Positions 1-9,344 of a stretch of DNA of 64,000 nt are shown here, piece after piece (the first letter of the stretch is position 1; each line of letters opens with the position of its first letter). The notes below the pieces were generated by a model. The model was not told the origin of the DNA. It did no database searches and saw only the letters and a program-made list of their open reading frames with translations. Origin of the DNA: a virus (taxonomy: Duplodnaviria; Heunggongvirae; Uroviricota; Caudoviricetes); the IMG/VR virus record IMGVR_UViG_3300037510_000134, one strand, 5' to 3'. Made by a program: the position numbers and the translations under genes.

Positions 1-92
1 TAATAACCTAAGTTCTTCAAGGAAATGGTCACCCATAGTTCCAATTTCAAATTTGTGTTTCACCCCTGATACCATGGTAAAAATCATTTTCA

Positions 93-320
93 TTACCAAC
101 CACTCACAATCCTTTTCATTACATCTTCCCGGCCATAATATACCCAGCGACCTGTAATTTCACAATCTGGCATATATTTAATTGCTTCTTCCTTAGTATC
201 ATACCCATTGAAAATGGCACCACCTTGAAAATATCGTAGACAGTACATCCATTTGGCAGGCTGACCATATCTAGATCTATATTCATAAGTGATAACTGGA
301 ACTACCCATTTGGTATTCAT
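93..320 (-). CDS. hypothetical protein (75 aa)
   Basis: ORF track; stop overlaps start of downstream deaminase gene; no recognisable motif. Confidence 0.35.
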   Translation of the reverse strand: MNTKWVVPVITYEYRSRYGQPAKWMYCLRYFQGGAIFNGYDTKEEAIKYMPDCEITGRWVYYGREDVMKRIVSGW

Positions 321-751
321 AGATACTCTTCTCCACTTACCGTATAGACTATACGCTTAATACCAGCATTCTTTAGGGCCTTAAGACAGTCAGGGCAAGG
401 TCGGGATTGACGCTTTTCTCCATCATTATTTACACGTGCAATGTAAGCAACAGCACCACGCAGATCACTACCACGCTTAATTGCATTAATCTCCGCATGG
501 ACAGAAAGTGCTTCAATCTCCTGGATAATGCCGGGTTGATTACGATAAGTGTTGGTACCCTTTGACTGCACAGCACCAGACTTAACAATAATACAACCAT
601 GACGAGTTCTCTCCATAGATTCCATTGCTACCCTACAAGCAGCATTCAACCACATTCTATCTCTTTTAGAAAGATTACTAACTCTTTCATCGATCTCCGG
701 AGTATAAGAATATCTATCCTTAAATGCCCTGGCACCCTTTGGGTAATACAC
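317..751 (-). CDS. cd: dCMP (deoxycytidylate) deaminase
   Basis: Cytidine/dCMP deaminase zinc motifs HAEINAI and PCPDC in a 144-aa protein; typical T4-like nucleotide metabolism gene. Confidence 0.8.
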   Translation of the reverse strand: MYYPKGARAFKDRYSYTPEIDERVSNLSKRDRMWLNAACRVAMESMERTRHGCIIVKSGAVQSKGTNTYRNQPGIIQEIEALSVHAEINAIKRGSDLRGAVAYIARVNNDGEKRQSRPCPDCLKALKNAGIKRIVYTVSGEEYL

Positions 752-768
752 TCGGCATAATTGCCTCC

Positions 769-1158
769 TTATTTTACTACAGGCAAATGTGCATGCAAAT
801 GCTTAACTTCTACTGGCGTATCAGTACAATTCTTCAACAGACGCGATACTTCATCAACAATCACTCTTGACCTATGTCTGCCGCCGCGACAATATACAAG
901 TAAGCTAAGTTCTTCGACACCTGGTCTAATGGACATGTTTTCAAATTCTAGCAGCAGATTCACTAGCCAAACGATTGTATTTGTTACACCTGGACTATTT
1001 AATACAAATGTCCTGATCTCTTTAGTTTCTCCAGAAAGCTCACGTAGTTCTGGCTTTAAGTCCGGATCATATGCTAGATCCTGTACATTGAATACCAGAG
1101 TGGCTTCAGGAATTACATCCATATGTAACGAACCGGCAGACTTAATTGTAAATTTCAT
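769..1158 (-). CDS. Cys-based phosphatase-like protein (CX5R P-loop signature)
   Basis: Sequence VYCRGGRHRS fits the (H/V)C(X)5R(S/T) signature of PTP/dual-specificity and RNA 5'-phosphatases; 129 aa; family assignment is inference. Confidence 0.4.
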   Translation of the reverse strand: MKFTIKSAGSLHMDVIPEATLVFNVQDLAYDPDLKPELRELSGETKEIRTFVLNSPGVTNTIVWLVNLLLEFENMSIRPGVEELSLLVYCRGGRHRSRVIVDEVSRLLKNCTDTPVEVKHLHAHLPVVK

Positions 1159-1295
1159 TATTTCTCAGTCCTTTGTCATTAACCAAAAAAGGAACGATCC
1201 GAATGCCATCATGGCAATAAGCATTACTACCTCTGGCCAACTTGTGTTCTGCTGCTGGTTTTCTGCAATATAAAGTGCTGCTTGTTGAAATAGCA

Positions 1296-1736
1296 TTATT
1301 TCTCCCTAAATACTCGTGGCTCATAACCCTTCTGGATCATGTAGCGCATGCAGTCAGTGGTCCCTGGTGTGGCGACCTTGTTCATGAATACTAACCCAAT
1401 GTCCAGCCCTGCGTCAACCATGTCATGGTTACGGATTGGTCCCGCCGCTCTGCCGTGGGTATCCCAGTCCGGATTTACCGGATCAAGATCCACATCTACA
1501 CCTCTAGATCGCATACTGGGACGAATTTTATTAATAAATTCTACGACCAAACCATCTGCACTAGGCTTGTCTTTGTAAACATTGTTCCCATGTCTAACCT
1601 TGATACGTTTATATCCCAGCTCAACCAAATCACTAATAGCAATGCTTAGCTGTCTAGCTACTTCATTATAGTTGCTATATGTTCTACTGCCAGTACAGAG
1701 AATTACGCCTTCACTCTTCTTGTTTTCTTTTTGCAT
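1296..1736 (-). CDS. Rossmann-like nucleotide-binding protein (SLOG/DprA-like?)
   Basis: Gly-rich N-terminal ILCTGSRTYS and GPIRNHDMVD motifs reminiscent of Rossmann-type SLOG/DprA families; weak. Confidence 0.3.
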   Translation of the reverse strand: MQKENKKSEGVILCTGSRTYSNYNEVARQLSIAISDLVELGYKRIKVRHGNNVYKDKPSADGLVVEFINKIRPSMRSRGVDVDLDPVNPDWDTHGRAAGPIRNHDMVDAGLDIGLVFMNKVATPGTTDCMRYMIQKGYEPRVFREK

Positions 1737-1944
1737 ATTCTTCCATCCAGTCGGGATACTTGGCGTTAAATTTCTCTAATAAATCTTCTGCCTTACAAAG
1801 AAACCATTCGCCTTCTTCCCAATTCCATTGCTCTGGTTCATCAATAATAGACTTCAATGCCGCCAGGCACATTCCCAAATCAAACTCAAATACACTTTGT
1901 GGTTCAAATTGGCCTTCTAAGAATGCTAAGTAAGAGTCATCCAT
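1711..1944 (-). CDS. hypothetical acidic protein (77 aa)
   Basis: ORF track only. Confidence 0.3.
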   Translation of the reverse strand: MDDSYLAFLEGQFEPQSVFEFDLGMCLAALKSIIDEPEQWNWEEGEWFLCKAEDLLEKFNAKYPDWMEEYAKRKQEE

Positions 1945-1964
1945 TTAGAACCTCCCAGTTTTAA

Positions 1965-2240
1965 TCATATATTGCATGCTATGCCATCACCATCACGATC
2001 TAATTTTGATGAATATCCATGTTGACCTCTATACAGAGGCGCTGCACCATGTCTTCTTACGTCATCACAATTCTGATATTCTAAAGGTAATACCGCTGTG
2101 CTAGTTGTAGTAGTTACTGTTATAGTATTATTGATCACTGTTGGGGCGTCATGGTCACTTAAATTTTTGATGATGCCAAGTACCATTAGTGTAGTCCATG
2201 AAACTAGCAATACATATATAACACCTGTCACAATCTTCAT
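1965..2240 (-). CDS. membrane-anchored Excalibur-like calcium-binding domain protein
   Basis: N-terminal hydrophobic helix; C-terminal DRDGDGIACN matches the Excalibur DxDxDGxxCE calcium-binding motif. Confidence 0.45.
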   Translation of the reverse strand: MKIVTGVIYVLLVSWTTLMVLGIIKNLSDHDAPTVINNTITVTTTTSTAVLPLEYQNCDDVRRHGAAPLYRGQHGYSSKLDRDGDGIACNI

Positions 2241-2242
2241 GA

Positions 2243-2950
2243 TTAAAATCTCTCGGTTTTAATCATATAATCATAAGCTAAAATATGCCCGGCACTAGCT
2301 ACATTAAGGCTACGTACAGATCCATACTGAGGAATGGATACAATTCTCGTAGCTAGTTCAATGTACTCGTCTGGCACGCCAACCGACTCTTCACCTAACA
2401 TTAGAATAGTCTTATCATTCCAATTAAACTCTGGCAATGACACCGACTTGTCATACTCATCAGATTCAGCCACTACAAACTCATATCCTTGAGTCTGAGT
2501 AAAATATTCAATTCCAAGCCGGAATGAATCAATATTATCATAATGAACAACATCTTCATAATGAAGGGTTCCTACCGCACCACGCGGGTCGAACTTACGA
2601 AATCCACTATACATAACACCTTGACAGCAAAATGCATTGCAGATTCTAATAATGGCTGAAAAGTTAAAATCTCTAATTGCATTTACAAATGCAAAGATCA
2701 GGTTGTTCCTACGCGGTACAAGAGCATCTCTTACTTCTTCACGAGTCATCCCTTTGAATTCGTCACGTACGTTTAGTGACCAGTTTCCTTCGCGTAGTTC
2801 AACGCGCTCCTGATGACTCAAATTCAAAAGTTGCTGGGTATACATAGCGCTCCCAATCATCGTTCCATTGATTATAATTGATAGTATCTTGCCATGGACA
2901 CCAATGCCCGCTGATATCATAGAACATAGTAATTCTATGATGACCATCAT
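2243..2950 (-). CDS. SpoU/TrmH-family RNA 2'-O-methyltransferase (SPOUT)
   Basis: SPOUT motifs: NFSAIIRICNAF (motif 1), LMLGEESVGVP (motif 2), IPQYGSVRSLNVASAGHI (motif 3). True start may be the internal ATG at 2749 (168 aa), which would remove the overlap with the upstream ParB-like ORF. Confidence 0.75.
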   Translation of the reverse strand: MMVIIELLCSMISAGIGVHGKILSIIINGTMIGSAMYTQQLLNLSHQERVELREGNWSLNVRDEFKGMTREEVRDALVPRRNNLIFAFVNAIRDFNFSAIIRICNAFCCQGVMYSGFRKFDPRGAVGTLHYEDVVHYDNIDSFRLGIEYFTQTQGYEFVVAESDEYDKSVSLPEFNWNDKTILMLGEESVGVPDEYIELATRIVSIPQYGSVRSLNVASAGHILAYDYMIKTERF

Positions 2951-3173
2951 AAACCATACCGTCTATAATTTCTGGTGCAAAGTCTGGCCAAAATCCACGT
3001 TCTTGAACGGATACTAATAAACGTTCGTATTGATAGTCTCTTTTGAATTCAAGATATCCGCCTTCAATCCAATCCTCCGGCTGGATCTCACAAGTACGTA
3101 TACTCATGATATCTTCTATCGGAATAATATGTAAATGAGGCCATTCATTTTGACATGAACTTACGTAACACAT
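2799..3173 (-). CDS. ParB/Srx-like nuclease domain protein
   Basis: DGHHRI motif characteristic of ParB N-terminal/sulfiredoxin nuclease fold; 124 aa. Confidence 0.45.
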   Translation of the reverse strand: MCYVSSCQNEWPHLHIIPIEDIMSIRTCEIQPEDWIEGGYLEFKRDYQYERLLVSVQERGFWPDFAPEIIDGMVYDGHHRITMFYDISGHWCPWQDTINYNQWNDDWERYVYPATFEFESSGAR

Positions 3174-3439
3174 TAACCCTCATTAGAATAATTAGAGCCG
3201 GACATTGGCTTATGGTTAATCTTGTTTCTCTCATCTTGCACTAGCCAGCCATCAATCCACAATGCAGGATTGTGTCTATTATAGTGATGACCACAGAAAA
3301 GCAGTTCGTGTTGCTTGTCGTCAATCATCTTTACCACTCTTACAAAAGCCTGACTACATTGATTTGGACATGCGTCACACCGATCTGCCAATACAAGCTC
3401 TCGGTAAAATTCCTTCTCTTCAACAAGTAGATCATTCAT
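3173..3439 (-). CDS. hypothetical Cys/His-rich protein (88 aa)
   Basis: CDACPNQC and FCGHHYNRH clusters suggest metal binding. Confidence 0.35.
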   Translation of the reverse strand: MNDLLVEEKEFYRELVLADRCDACPNQCSQAFVRVVKMIDDKQHELLFCGHHYNRHNPALWIDGWLVQDERNKINHKPMSGSNYSNEG

Positions 3440-3624
3440 AGCTCCACCCTATCATGTCTCAGATCGATCTGTCACTGTGACATCGATCACCGTAACGCCC
3501 AAGCCTTCCATATCATATATGGTCTCTGTGGCTATATCCGCTGCATCGTCCATAGTGAAGGCGTTAACTTCTACCTCTACTTCTAATTTGACTTTACAGG
3601 TTTTCATGACTTCATTATATCACG

Positions 3625-3879
3625 TTAACCATTCAGAAGCTTGCCGGTCGGAAACCAGGCCAACATTCCGCTTGGTAAGATCTCATAAGCCATGTAGCCT
3701 TCTACATATGCTACTTCCTCTACTGGATTTAGACTAGAACGCACCATGAACTCCAGGTAAGATGGAAATTCCTTTTCAATAATTGCAAAATTAATGTTAA
3801 AGGTTTTATCATCTTTACCTGGAGACATGGCACCTCTTTCTAGCATCGCAAAGAAGATATTACGAGGCAGGTCAGTCAA
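3625..3879 (-). CDS. hypothetical protein (84 aa)
   Basis: ORF track only. Confidence 0.3.
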   Translation of the reverse strand: MTDLPRNIFFAMLERGAMSPGKDDKTFNINFAIIEKEFPSYLEFMVRSSLNPVEEVAYVEGYMAYEILPSGMLAWFPTGKLLNG

Positions 3880-4144
3880 GTCCTAGAGCCTTCCTGACAA
3901 TCTTAATTTGTTCATCAATCATTTCATCAGTATAGCCCATTTTATGCAATGAGTCACGCTGTAAAATGTCAAGTTTTTTGGTGAACTCTTGCATAGCCTC
4001 AATTGTTTGCAGACTTAATTCTGCATCAAACCATTCTGAGTTAACAAGAATAGAATGAATTTGTAACCAAAGAATGTGAATTTGTGCAACACCAGTACTT
4101 ACAGCAGTATGTATCTGTTCGTGAGTGTATCCACTTAAATCCAT
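3872..4144 (-). CDS. hypothetical protein (90 aa)
   Basis: ORF track only. Confidence 0.3.
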   Translation of the reverse strand: MDLSGYTHEQIHTAVSTGVAQIHILWLQIHSILVNSEWFDAELSLQTIEAMQEFTKKLDILQRDSLHKMGYTDEMIDEQIKIVRKALGLD

Positions 4145-4155
4145 TTATTTACTCC

Positions 4156-4455
4156 TTAAGGATTTCTCTGCCAAACACCCGGCGCGAATTCAGCAGGCGT
4201 ACCATTAACCATACAATGATTATCTTTGCTTACGGTGCCACCCTTTGAATCGCAAATTCTAACACTTTCCTCATTGAACCTGTCTTGATTAATAGTAGCA
4301 CCACCGGCCCAAAGCAGTAGTGCAGAAAGTGCGCAACCGAGACCTACCATAGCACTTGATGGACTATCCTTACGCCATGCCAACAGCCAAAAAATAACGG
4401 CACACGCTGCCAAAACAATGGCAATAATAAAGAGAATGTTCATCATCGCTCCCAA
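4156..4455 (-). CDS. small membrane protein, paralogue A (99 aa)
   Basis: N-terminal TM helix; C-terminal VRICDSKGGTVSKDNHCMVNGTPAEFAPGVWQR closely matches the adjacent ORF. Confidence 0.45.
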   Translation of the reverse strand: MGAMMNILFIIAIVLAACAVIFWLLAWRKDSPSSAMVGLGCALSALLLWAGGATINQDRFNEESVRICDSKGGTVSKDNHCMVNGTPAEFAPGVWQRNP

Positions 4456-4775
4456 ACGCCGGGGATAAATTCAACGGGCTTACCATCAACAAAACAGTGA
4501 TTATCCTTTGACACCACTCCATGTTTTGCACTACAAATTCTTACTGTTTCCTGATCATATTCATTGGCCTTGTTAATACCGCCAGCCGTACCCGCGATTA
4601 GAAGTCCAAGACCTATCACCATAGCAACGATACTGCCAAATACTTCTGGGCCATCAAATGCATCTGCAAGAGCCAATAGGCCACAAATAAGAACTATTCC
4701 ACCAAGAATAACCATAATAATAAAAACAGCGACCATTTGCACTCCTAAAATTCTCCAGGCGCTACTTGATAGCAC
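4443..4775 (-). CDS. small membrane protein, paralogue B (110 aa)
   Basis: Two TM helices; C-terminal VRICSAKHGVVSKDNHCFVDGKPVEFIPGVWER; tandem duplicate of 4156..4455. Confidence 0.45.
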   Translation of the reverse strand: MLSSSAWRILGVQMVAVFIIMVILGGIVLICGLLALADAFDGPEVFGSIVAMVIGLGLLIAGTAGGINKANEYDQETVRICSAKHGVVSKDNHCFVDGKPVEFIPGVWER

Positions 4776-5677
4776 CTGACATTAATGGATCTCCACATAT
4801 CTACTACTTGATTACGATCATCATAAACATTAATCACGTTATAGTTTTGTGCGATCTGTTCCATAAAGATTTCATATTTGATGATGAAATCTGCACGAGT
4901 ATCACCGGTTTTACGCATAAAGACTGGTATTTCATATCCTACAGGCAATTGAGTATGTAGACGTAATGATTCTTCCGTAGCTTGCCTACATGAATCTTCT
5001 CTACCTGATAGAACAATGAGATCATACCCTAGAACGTAATCGTCACGCATCTGCTGCACTACATCTTCGTATGGTTCATCAAGGTGAACCTTTGTGTAAT
5101 CATATGGACTACGTCTATCACCGTGGTTCATTAACGTACCATCTACGTCGTAAATCTTTGCTTTTGGTTTGCTAGGATCTCTGACGTATGGGACTAGTTT
5201 AACAGGTGCCGGGCGGTTGATCAAGGGATTTGCAGGGAACTTCCCTTGTGCAAAGTAACGCTTGTGCATCGCTCGGATCACATCTGACCCTACCTCATGC
5301 CCTCCGTCTTCGCCACGGATACCATCACGTAGAATACAAACTTCTAGTGGAGTATCCATATCTACGACTTCAATTTCTGCCGCAAAGAAGTCAGCAATCT
5401 TTACCAAACCTTTAACGTATTTGGCATTGAGATTTGTATCTGAACTGATAACATGCCTACCGGCTTTCAGTCCTGCTCGAATGAGCGCATGTTGTTGGAG
5501 CGTAATAGTGTCTTCGTATGGCCCTGGCTTGGTATCCAGGCCCGCCATAAATCGCAAATGATCACGATTCACAATCATGGCTGGCTTGTCGTTAGTCATG
5601 CTCTCAGCCACTATAGCGCGGGCAAAGGTGTCTTTGCCCGACGCTGGTAGGCCACGAATAATCGTGAGTTTAGTCAT
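4745..5677 (-). CDS. pseT: polynucleotide 5'-kinase/3'-phosphatase (T4 Pnkp-like)
   Basis: N-terminal P-loop GLPASGKDT kinase domain; C-terminal HAD phosphatase with DVDGT motif and ending CYQVAPGEF, collinear with T4 Pnkp (DVDGT ... CWQVASGDF). Confidence 0.9.
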   Translation of the reverse strand: MTKLTIIRGLPASGKDTFARAIVAESMTNDKPAMIVNRDHLRFMAGLDTKPGPYEDTITLQQHALIRAGLKAGRHVISSDTNLNAKYVKGLVKIADFFAAEIEVVDMDTPLEVCILRDGIRGEDGGHEVGSDVIRAMHKRYFAQGKFPANPLINRPAPVKLVPYVRDPSKPKAKIYDVDGTLMNHGDRRSPYDYTKVHLDEPYEDVVQQMRDDYVLGYDLIVLSGREDSCRQATEESLRLHTQLPVGYEIPVFMRKTGDTRADFIIKYEIFMEQIAQNYNVINVYDDRNQVVDMWRSINVRCYQVAPGEF

Positions 5678-5806
5678 CTTTTAATACCATATTCGTCTTG
5701 TTGTGAATTTGACACTTAGGAACCTTGGTAGCCGTTATTGTAAATTTACAATTTGGCTCCGGACACTTATATTTATTCCACGTATATTTACTCATATATC
5801 CTTCTG

Positions 5807-6250
5807 CTATAGATACTTTTCAATAAGATTTGCGATGTCTTCGAAACTGACGCCTGAATCATTCAATGCTGAACCGTTAACACTTGTTGAAATATACCTA
5901 TCGCTGACTTCTAGCGTTCTAAATTCATCAGTCTCATACTTTTCAACAAGATAATTGAAATCTTCAAGTGTTAGATCCATACAAATATCTCTGTCGTTAC
6001 CCGTCCCTGCCCAATTCATAACTGAAGAAGGCAATACTGATTCGCAATCATCCCATAAAGTGGCAGTAGTAGAGCAGCAATCACATGTAGTAACTACTCT
6101 TGATTCAATAGGTGAAATTTCACAAAGCACGCCTAGACAACAATATTTACCGCTGTCTGTCTTTAGACTAAACTTACCTTGTGGATAGTTACCACTGCGT
6201 AGCGCGTCTACCCACTGTTGCTTTACTTCTGGATTTAGAGTTGTATTCAT
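5807..6250 (-). CDS. hypothetical Cys-rich protein between Pnkp and RNA ligase (147 aa)
   Basis: ORF track; CCLGVLC and TTCDCCS clusters; no family recognised. Confidence 0.35.
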   Translation of the reverse strand: MNTTLNPEVKQQWVDALRSGNYPQGKFSLKTDSGKYCCLGVLCEISPIESRVVTTCDCCSTTATLWDDCESVLPSSVMNWAGTGNDRDICMDLTLEDFNYLVEKYETDEFRTLEVSDRYISTSVNGSALNDSGVSFEDIANLIEKYL

Positions 6251-7539
6251 CCCAATTCCTCCGTGTCAGTTACTTCCCCGGTTTTTTCAGCTTCTGTCAG
6301 AAGCTTTGATTCATGTTCAAAGAACTTTGGTGACTTTGCCTTTAGAATATATGGAGCTAGCCCATCTACTCTTACGCAAACTCCTTCATCTACAAGACCA
6401 GCTTCTAGCGGAGGACATTCTTTGAAACCATGATCATTGAATCTAACGTCCAAATAGTCTTCCACATAAGACTTAAAGTGTTCTGCCTTCATTCTAACTA
6501 GCTCTGGTACATGCTTGACACCAATATCCTTACAGAATTCCTTAACCTGATCCCAAGTTAGGTCAACAATTCGACCTTGCGGATTCACATAGGCTACTCT
6601 ATATACATAAAGATCACTTACGCCCTGTGGAATGTTATAAGTATAGCTCGGCTGAATTGGCTTATTAGAGTCTGACCATCCAATTAGTTCACCGTAGACA
6701 ATAAACCCCTCTGGGAGCAGACCTTTGAGACGTGCGCCTTCTCTTGTCCAAATATCTTCTTGGTAGAAATGATTTTGGTCTGGATCATTTGGATCTTTGA
6801 TCACCCGGCGAGAACCATAAACATAGTCGTATTCAGTTTCCTGAACTTTTACACCGAAACGCTTTGCAATACGCTCACGCCAACCTAGCTTACGCTTTAC
6901 TAGTGTGTTCGCAATACGAATACTTGTTCCATGTAGCTTAGCTGTAACGATTAATTCAGTGTCATCTGACAGCCCTCCTGCGTTACGGAAATAATTGTCC
7001 GTGTCAAAGTGCTGCGGAAGGTACTTTTCATCTACACGACGTTCCTTTGGTGCCTTGTTCTTTTCTACCCTAGACTGCTGAACCTTTACGACGTACTTAC
7101 GGCAAATCTCCTGATCACCGATCTTGTCAAAGACGTCTCCCGGCTTTAGTCTTTCAATATCAATACCTGTAAATGATAGAGAGTTCAGAGGCATAAATAG
7201 TGCATCAGAGCGATGTCCTCTAAACTTCATTGCCTTTACCCGGCGATTATCTTCTAGATAACCTCTAATGCCACCAATACGATTTAGATCATCATGACGA
7301 TAAAGGTTGTTATAAGATGTATATTCATGAGAAAGCTGAGTTTCGGCAGGGAACACAATTCCAATATCCCCAACCTTAGTATCCTTACCAACAATAGCTT
7401 GAAAACCTAGCAAAGGTGTTCCAACTACATTATCACAGTTATCTAGCTCATTAATTGCTACGATCTCTACAACTACTGCCGCGTAATTCTTATTTACTGG
7501 CTCTTCAAGCTTCATTCTATCTCCTTTTTGCCCGGCCAA
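6247..7539 (-). CDS. ATP-dependent RNA ligase (Rnl2/Rnl5-like nucleotidyltransferase)
   Basis: Motif I TAKLHGTS fits the KxHGxN/S adenylyl-lysine motif of Rnl2-type RNA ligases; about 200-aa N-terminal extension as in DraRnl/NgrRnl; adjacent to Pnkp as in T4. Confidence 0.65.
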   Translation of the reverse strand: MAGQKGDRMKLEEPVNKNYAAVVVEIVAINELDNCDNVVGTPLLGFQAIVGKDTKVGDIGIVFPAETQLSHEYTSYNNLYRHDDLNRIGGIRGYLEDNRRVKAMKFRGHRSDALFMPLNSLSFTGIDIERLKPGDVFDKIGDQEICRKYVVKVQQSRVEKNKAPKERRVDEKYLPQHFDTDNYFRNAGGLSDDTELIVTAKLHGTSIRIANTLVKRKLGWRERIAKRFGVKVQETEYDYVYGSRRVIKDPNDPDQNHFYQEDIWTREGARLKGLLPEGFIVYGELIGWSDSNKPIQPSYTYNIPQGVSDLYVYRVAYVNPQGRIVDLTWDQVKEFCKDIGVKHVPELVRMKAEHFKSYVEDYLDVRFNDHGFKECPPLEAGLVDEGVCVRVDGLAPYILKAKSPKFFEHESKLLTEAEKTGEVTDTEELG

Positions 7540-7886
7540 GTTCTAAGATTCTTAGCGGGTGTCCAAATTCTTTCCCCATTTTCATAATAACCAGAGGTTA
7601 TTCCTACCAGCGCAATGTCATCTTCTATCCATTTGATTACTGCGGTAACCCCTCCGGCGCACAATATTCTAAAAGCGTAGTAGTACTTTAGCTTAATTTT
7701 TGCGCGGGTTAAGCGAATAAGTACTGAATCTAGAGTATTGTATTCTGCTAATACCATTTTATTACGGTAAAAGCAGACATAAATGTAGTTGCGACCATAG
7801 TCAATCCAGGCTATCGTTTCACCTTCTGGTGACAGCAACCTGCCGCTATCGATCCTTAATTTAAGTAGTTCTTCTCCTGTTAACAT
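7512..7886 (-). CDS. hypothetical protein (124 aa)
   Basis: ORF track only. Confidence 0.3.
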   Translation of the reverse strand: MLTGEELLKLRIDSGRLLSPEGETIAWIDYGRNYIYVCFYRNKMVLAEYNTLDSVLIRLTRAKIKLKYYYAFRILCAGGVTAVIKWIEDDIALVGITSGYYENGERIWTPAKNLRTWPGKKEIE

Positions 7887-7897
7887 TGGCTTTCTGC

Positions 7898-8449
7898 CTA
7901 AAAGATTTCGTACACCATATCCTTAAATTTCTCCTCTGAGTTGTAACAACTACTTGATACCCTTATAAATTCAACTTGTTCTTTGTCAAGTCTAGGATGC
8001 ATTTCCCCCGACGTCTTCAGCTCTCTGGCATTAAGCAAAAGCCTAAATGCATGTTTTCTTTTCTTTTCTTGGTCTTTATTAGACCAAAAGAAATTTAAGG
8101 CTGTACGCCTGTAGGTTTCGAGAATGGCTGGAATGTAATTTACTAGTTCATTTTTAATATGTGCTGAAATGTTCATCCAGCCATTCTCTTCCACCCATGC
8201 TTCTTTTGGAGAAAATAGTACTTCGACTGCCTGTGGAACTCCCTTGAAACAAAGATCTGTAAATCTATCAAGGGTGACTTCTACTTCGTCCAAATCTCCT
8301 TGAATTCGCTGCTGCGCCTTCTTCTTTGGCCTGTAACGTTGATTGTAAAAATCATATATAGTATAGTAATCGTAATCAGAATTGGCGTGAGCTGTTCCGT
8401 AAAGATGAGAGCCGTGTTGACATTTCAATACCACGAACTTTTTTGCCAT
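7898..8449 (-). CDS. Pol-beta-superfamily nucleotidyltransferase (minimal NTase)
   Basis: N-terminal GSHLYGTAHANSDYDYY fits the hG[GS]x9-13Dh[DE]h nucleotidyltransferase fold signature. Confidence 0.5.
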   Translation of the reverse strand: MAKKFVVLKCQHGSHLYGTAHANSDYDYYTIYDFYNQRYRPKKKAQQRIQGDLDEVEVTLDRFTDLCFKGVPQAVEVLFSPKEAWVEENGWMNISAHIKNELVNYIPAILETYRRTALNFFWSNKDQEKKRKHAFRLLLNARELKTSGEMHPRLDKEQVEFIRVSSSCYNSEEKFKDMVYEIF

Positions 8450-8816
8450 TCTTTACACCATTTCTGACTATGACCCCCAATTCTTCGTTGGTTATATCTG
8501 ATATATCTCCCTTAAGACTATTACATCTAGAGCACATTGGTTGCATATTCTCTAGAGTATTTCTACCACCTAAAGCTTTCGGAATGATGTGATCTACTGT
8601 CATTAGTTTCATTTTGTCAGTGTATACATCAACCGGGTGAAACTCTGGAATAGTCTTATGTTGAAGCTTTACTAACTTTGTACCCTGTATACCGCAAGCA
8701 ACGCATGTAGTACCAAAGAAGTAGAAAACCCTCAACCTATGATGGCTTTTATAGTTTTCTAGCTCGGACAACGGATATTCGCTCAGTATCTCCATATCTG
8801 ATAACCGATATCCCAC
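8376..8816 (-). CDS. HNH homing endonuclease
   Basis: HIIPKALGGRNTLENMQPMCSRCNSLKG HNH motif; 3' end overlaps the NTase start by 74 nt. Confidence 0.7.
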   Translation of the reverse strand: MGYRLSDMEILSEYPLSELENYKSHHRLRVFYFFGTTCVACGIQGTKLVKLQHKTIPEFHPVDVYTDKMKLMTVDHIIPKALGGRNTLENMQPMCSRCNSLKGDISDITNEELGVIVRNGVKNGKKVRGIEMSTRLSSLRNSSRQF

Positions 8817-8825
8817 TTTACTCTC

Positions 8826-9080
8826 CTAACTATAGGCAACCTCATGATATACCTTATGAATTGCCTCTACTTCTGACATCTGTGCTGAATTAATGTGGTA
8901 TCCTACCTTTGATTCTGCTAGATCAAACGGATATTGCTTTACAAGGCATATATTAGCTAGCATATGCCATGCATCAGCTATGTTTCGTGCAGCTACTTCT
9001 GCATTCTTCCAAATATCGTCAGGGAGAATGAATCCGCTCATAGCAGCATCACCAGTAACCCAATGATTATACCAACCCAA
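8826..9080 (-). CDS. hypothetical protein (84 aa)
   Basis: ORF track only. Confidence 0.3.
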   Translation of the reverse strand: MGWYNHWVTGDAAMSGFILPDDIWKNAEVAARNIADAWHMLANICLVKQYPFDLAESKVGYHINSAQMSEVEAIHKVYHEVAYS

Positions 9081-9344
9081 ATCAGTGCTTGAAAGGCTGC
9101 CATCCCGATTGTAATGACTCTAGTTTTATTCACTTCTGTCGGAAGAATTGCTAGGTTTAATACATAATAAATTACTAGAACCCAAAGGAACCAAGTCATT
9201 ACTTTACCACCTTAGCTAGTCTTTCCTTCTCCACTTCTGAAGGCTCTACTACTACCATTTTAGCTTTTCCTGTACGGCCATCTACTACCCGGCACATCTT
9301 TGGTTGTGTGCGCTGGATACGCTTACGCTCTTCAACTGTTGCTT

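Noticed and set aside
2799-2950. 150-nt same-strand overlap between the SpoU methyltransferase and the ParB-like ORF
   Set aside because: Most likely an over-extended start for the methyltransferase: an internal ATG at 2749 gives a 168-aa protein that still contains all SPOUT motifs and removes the overlap.
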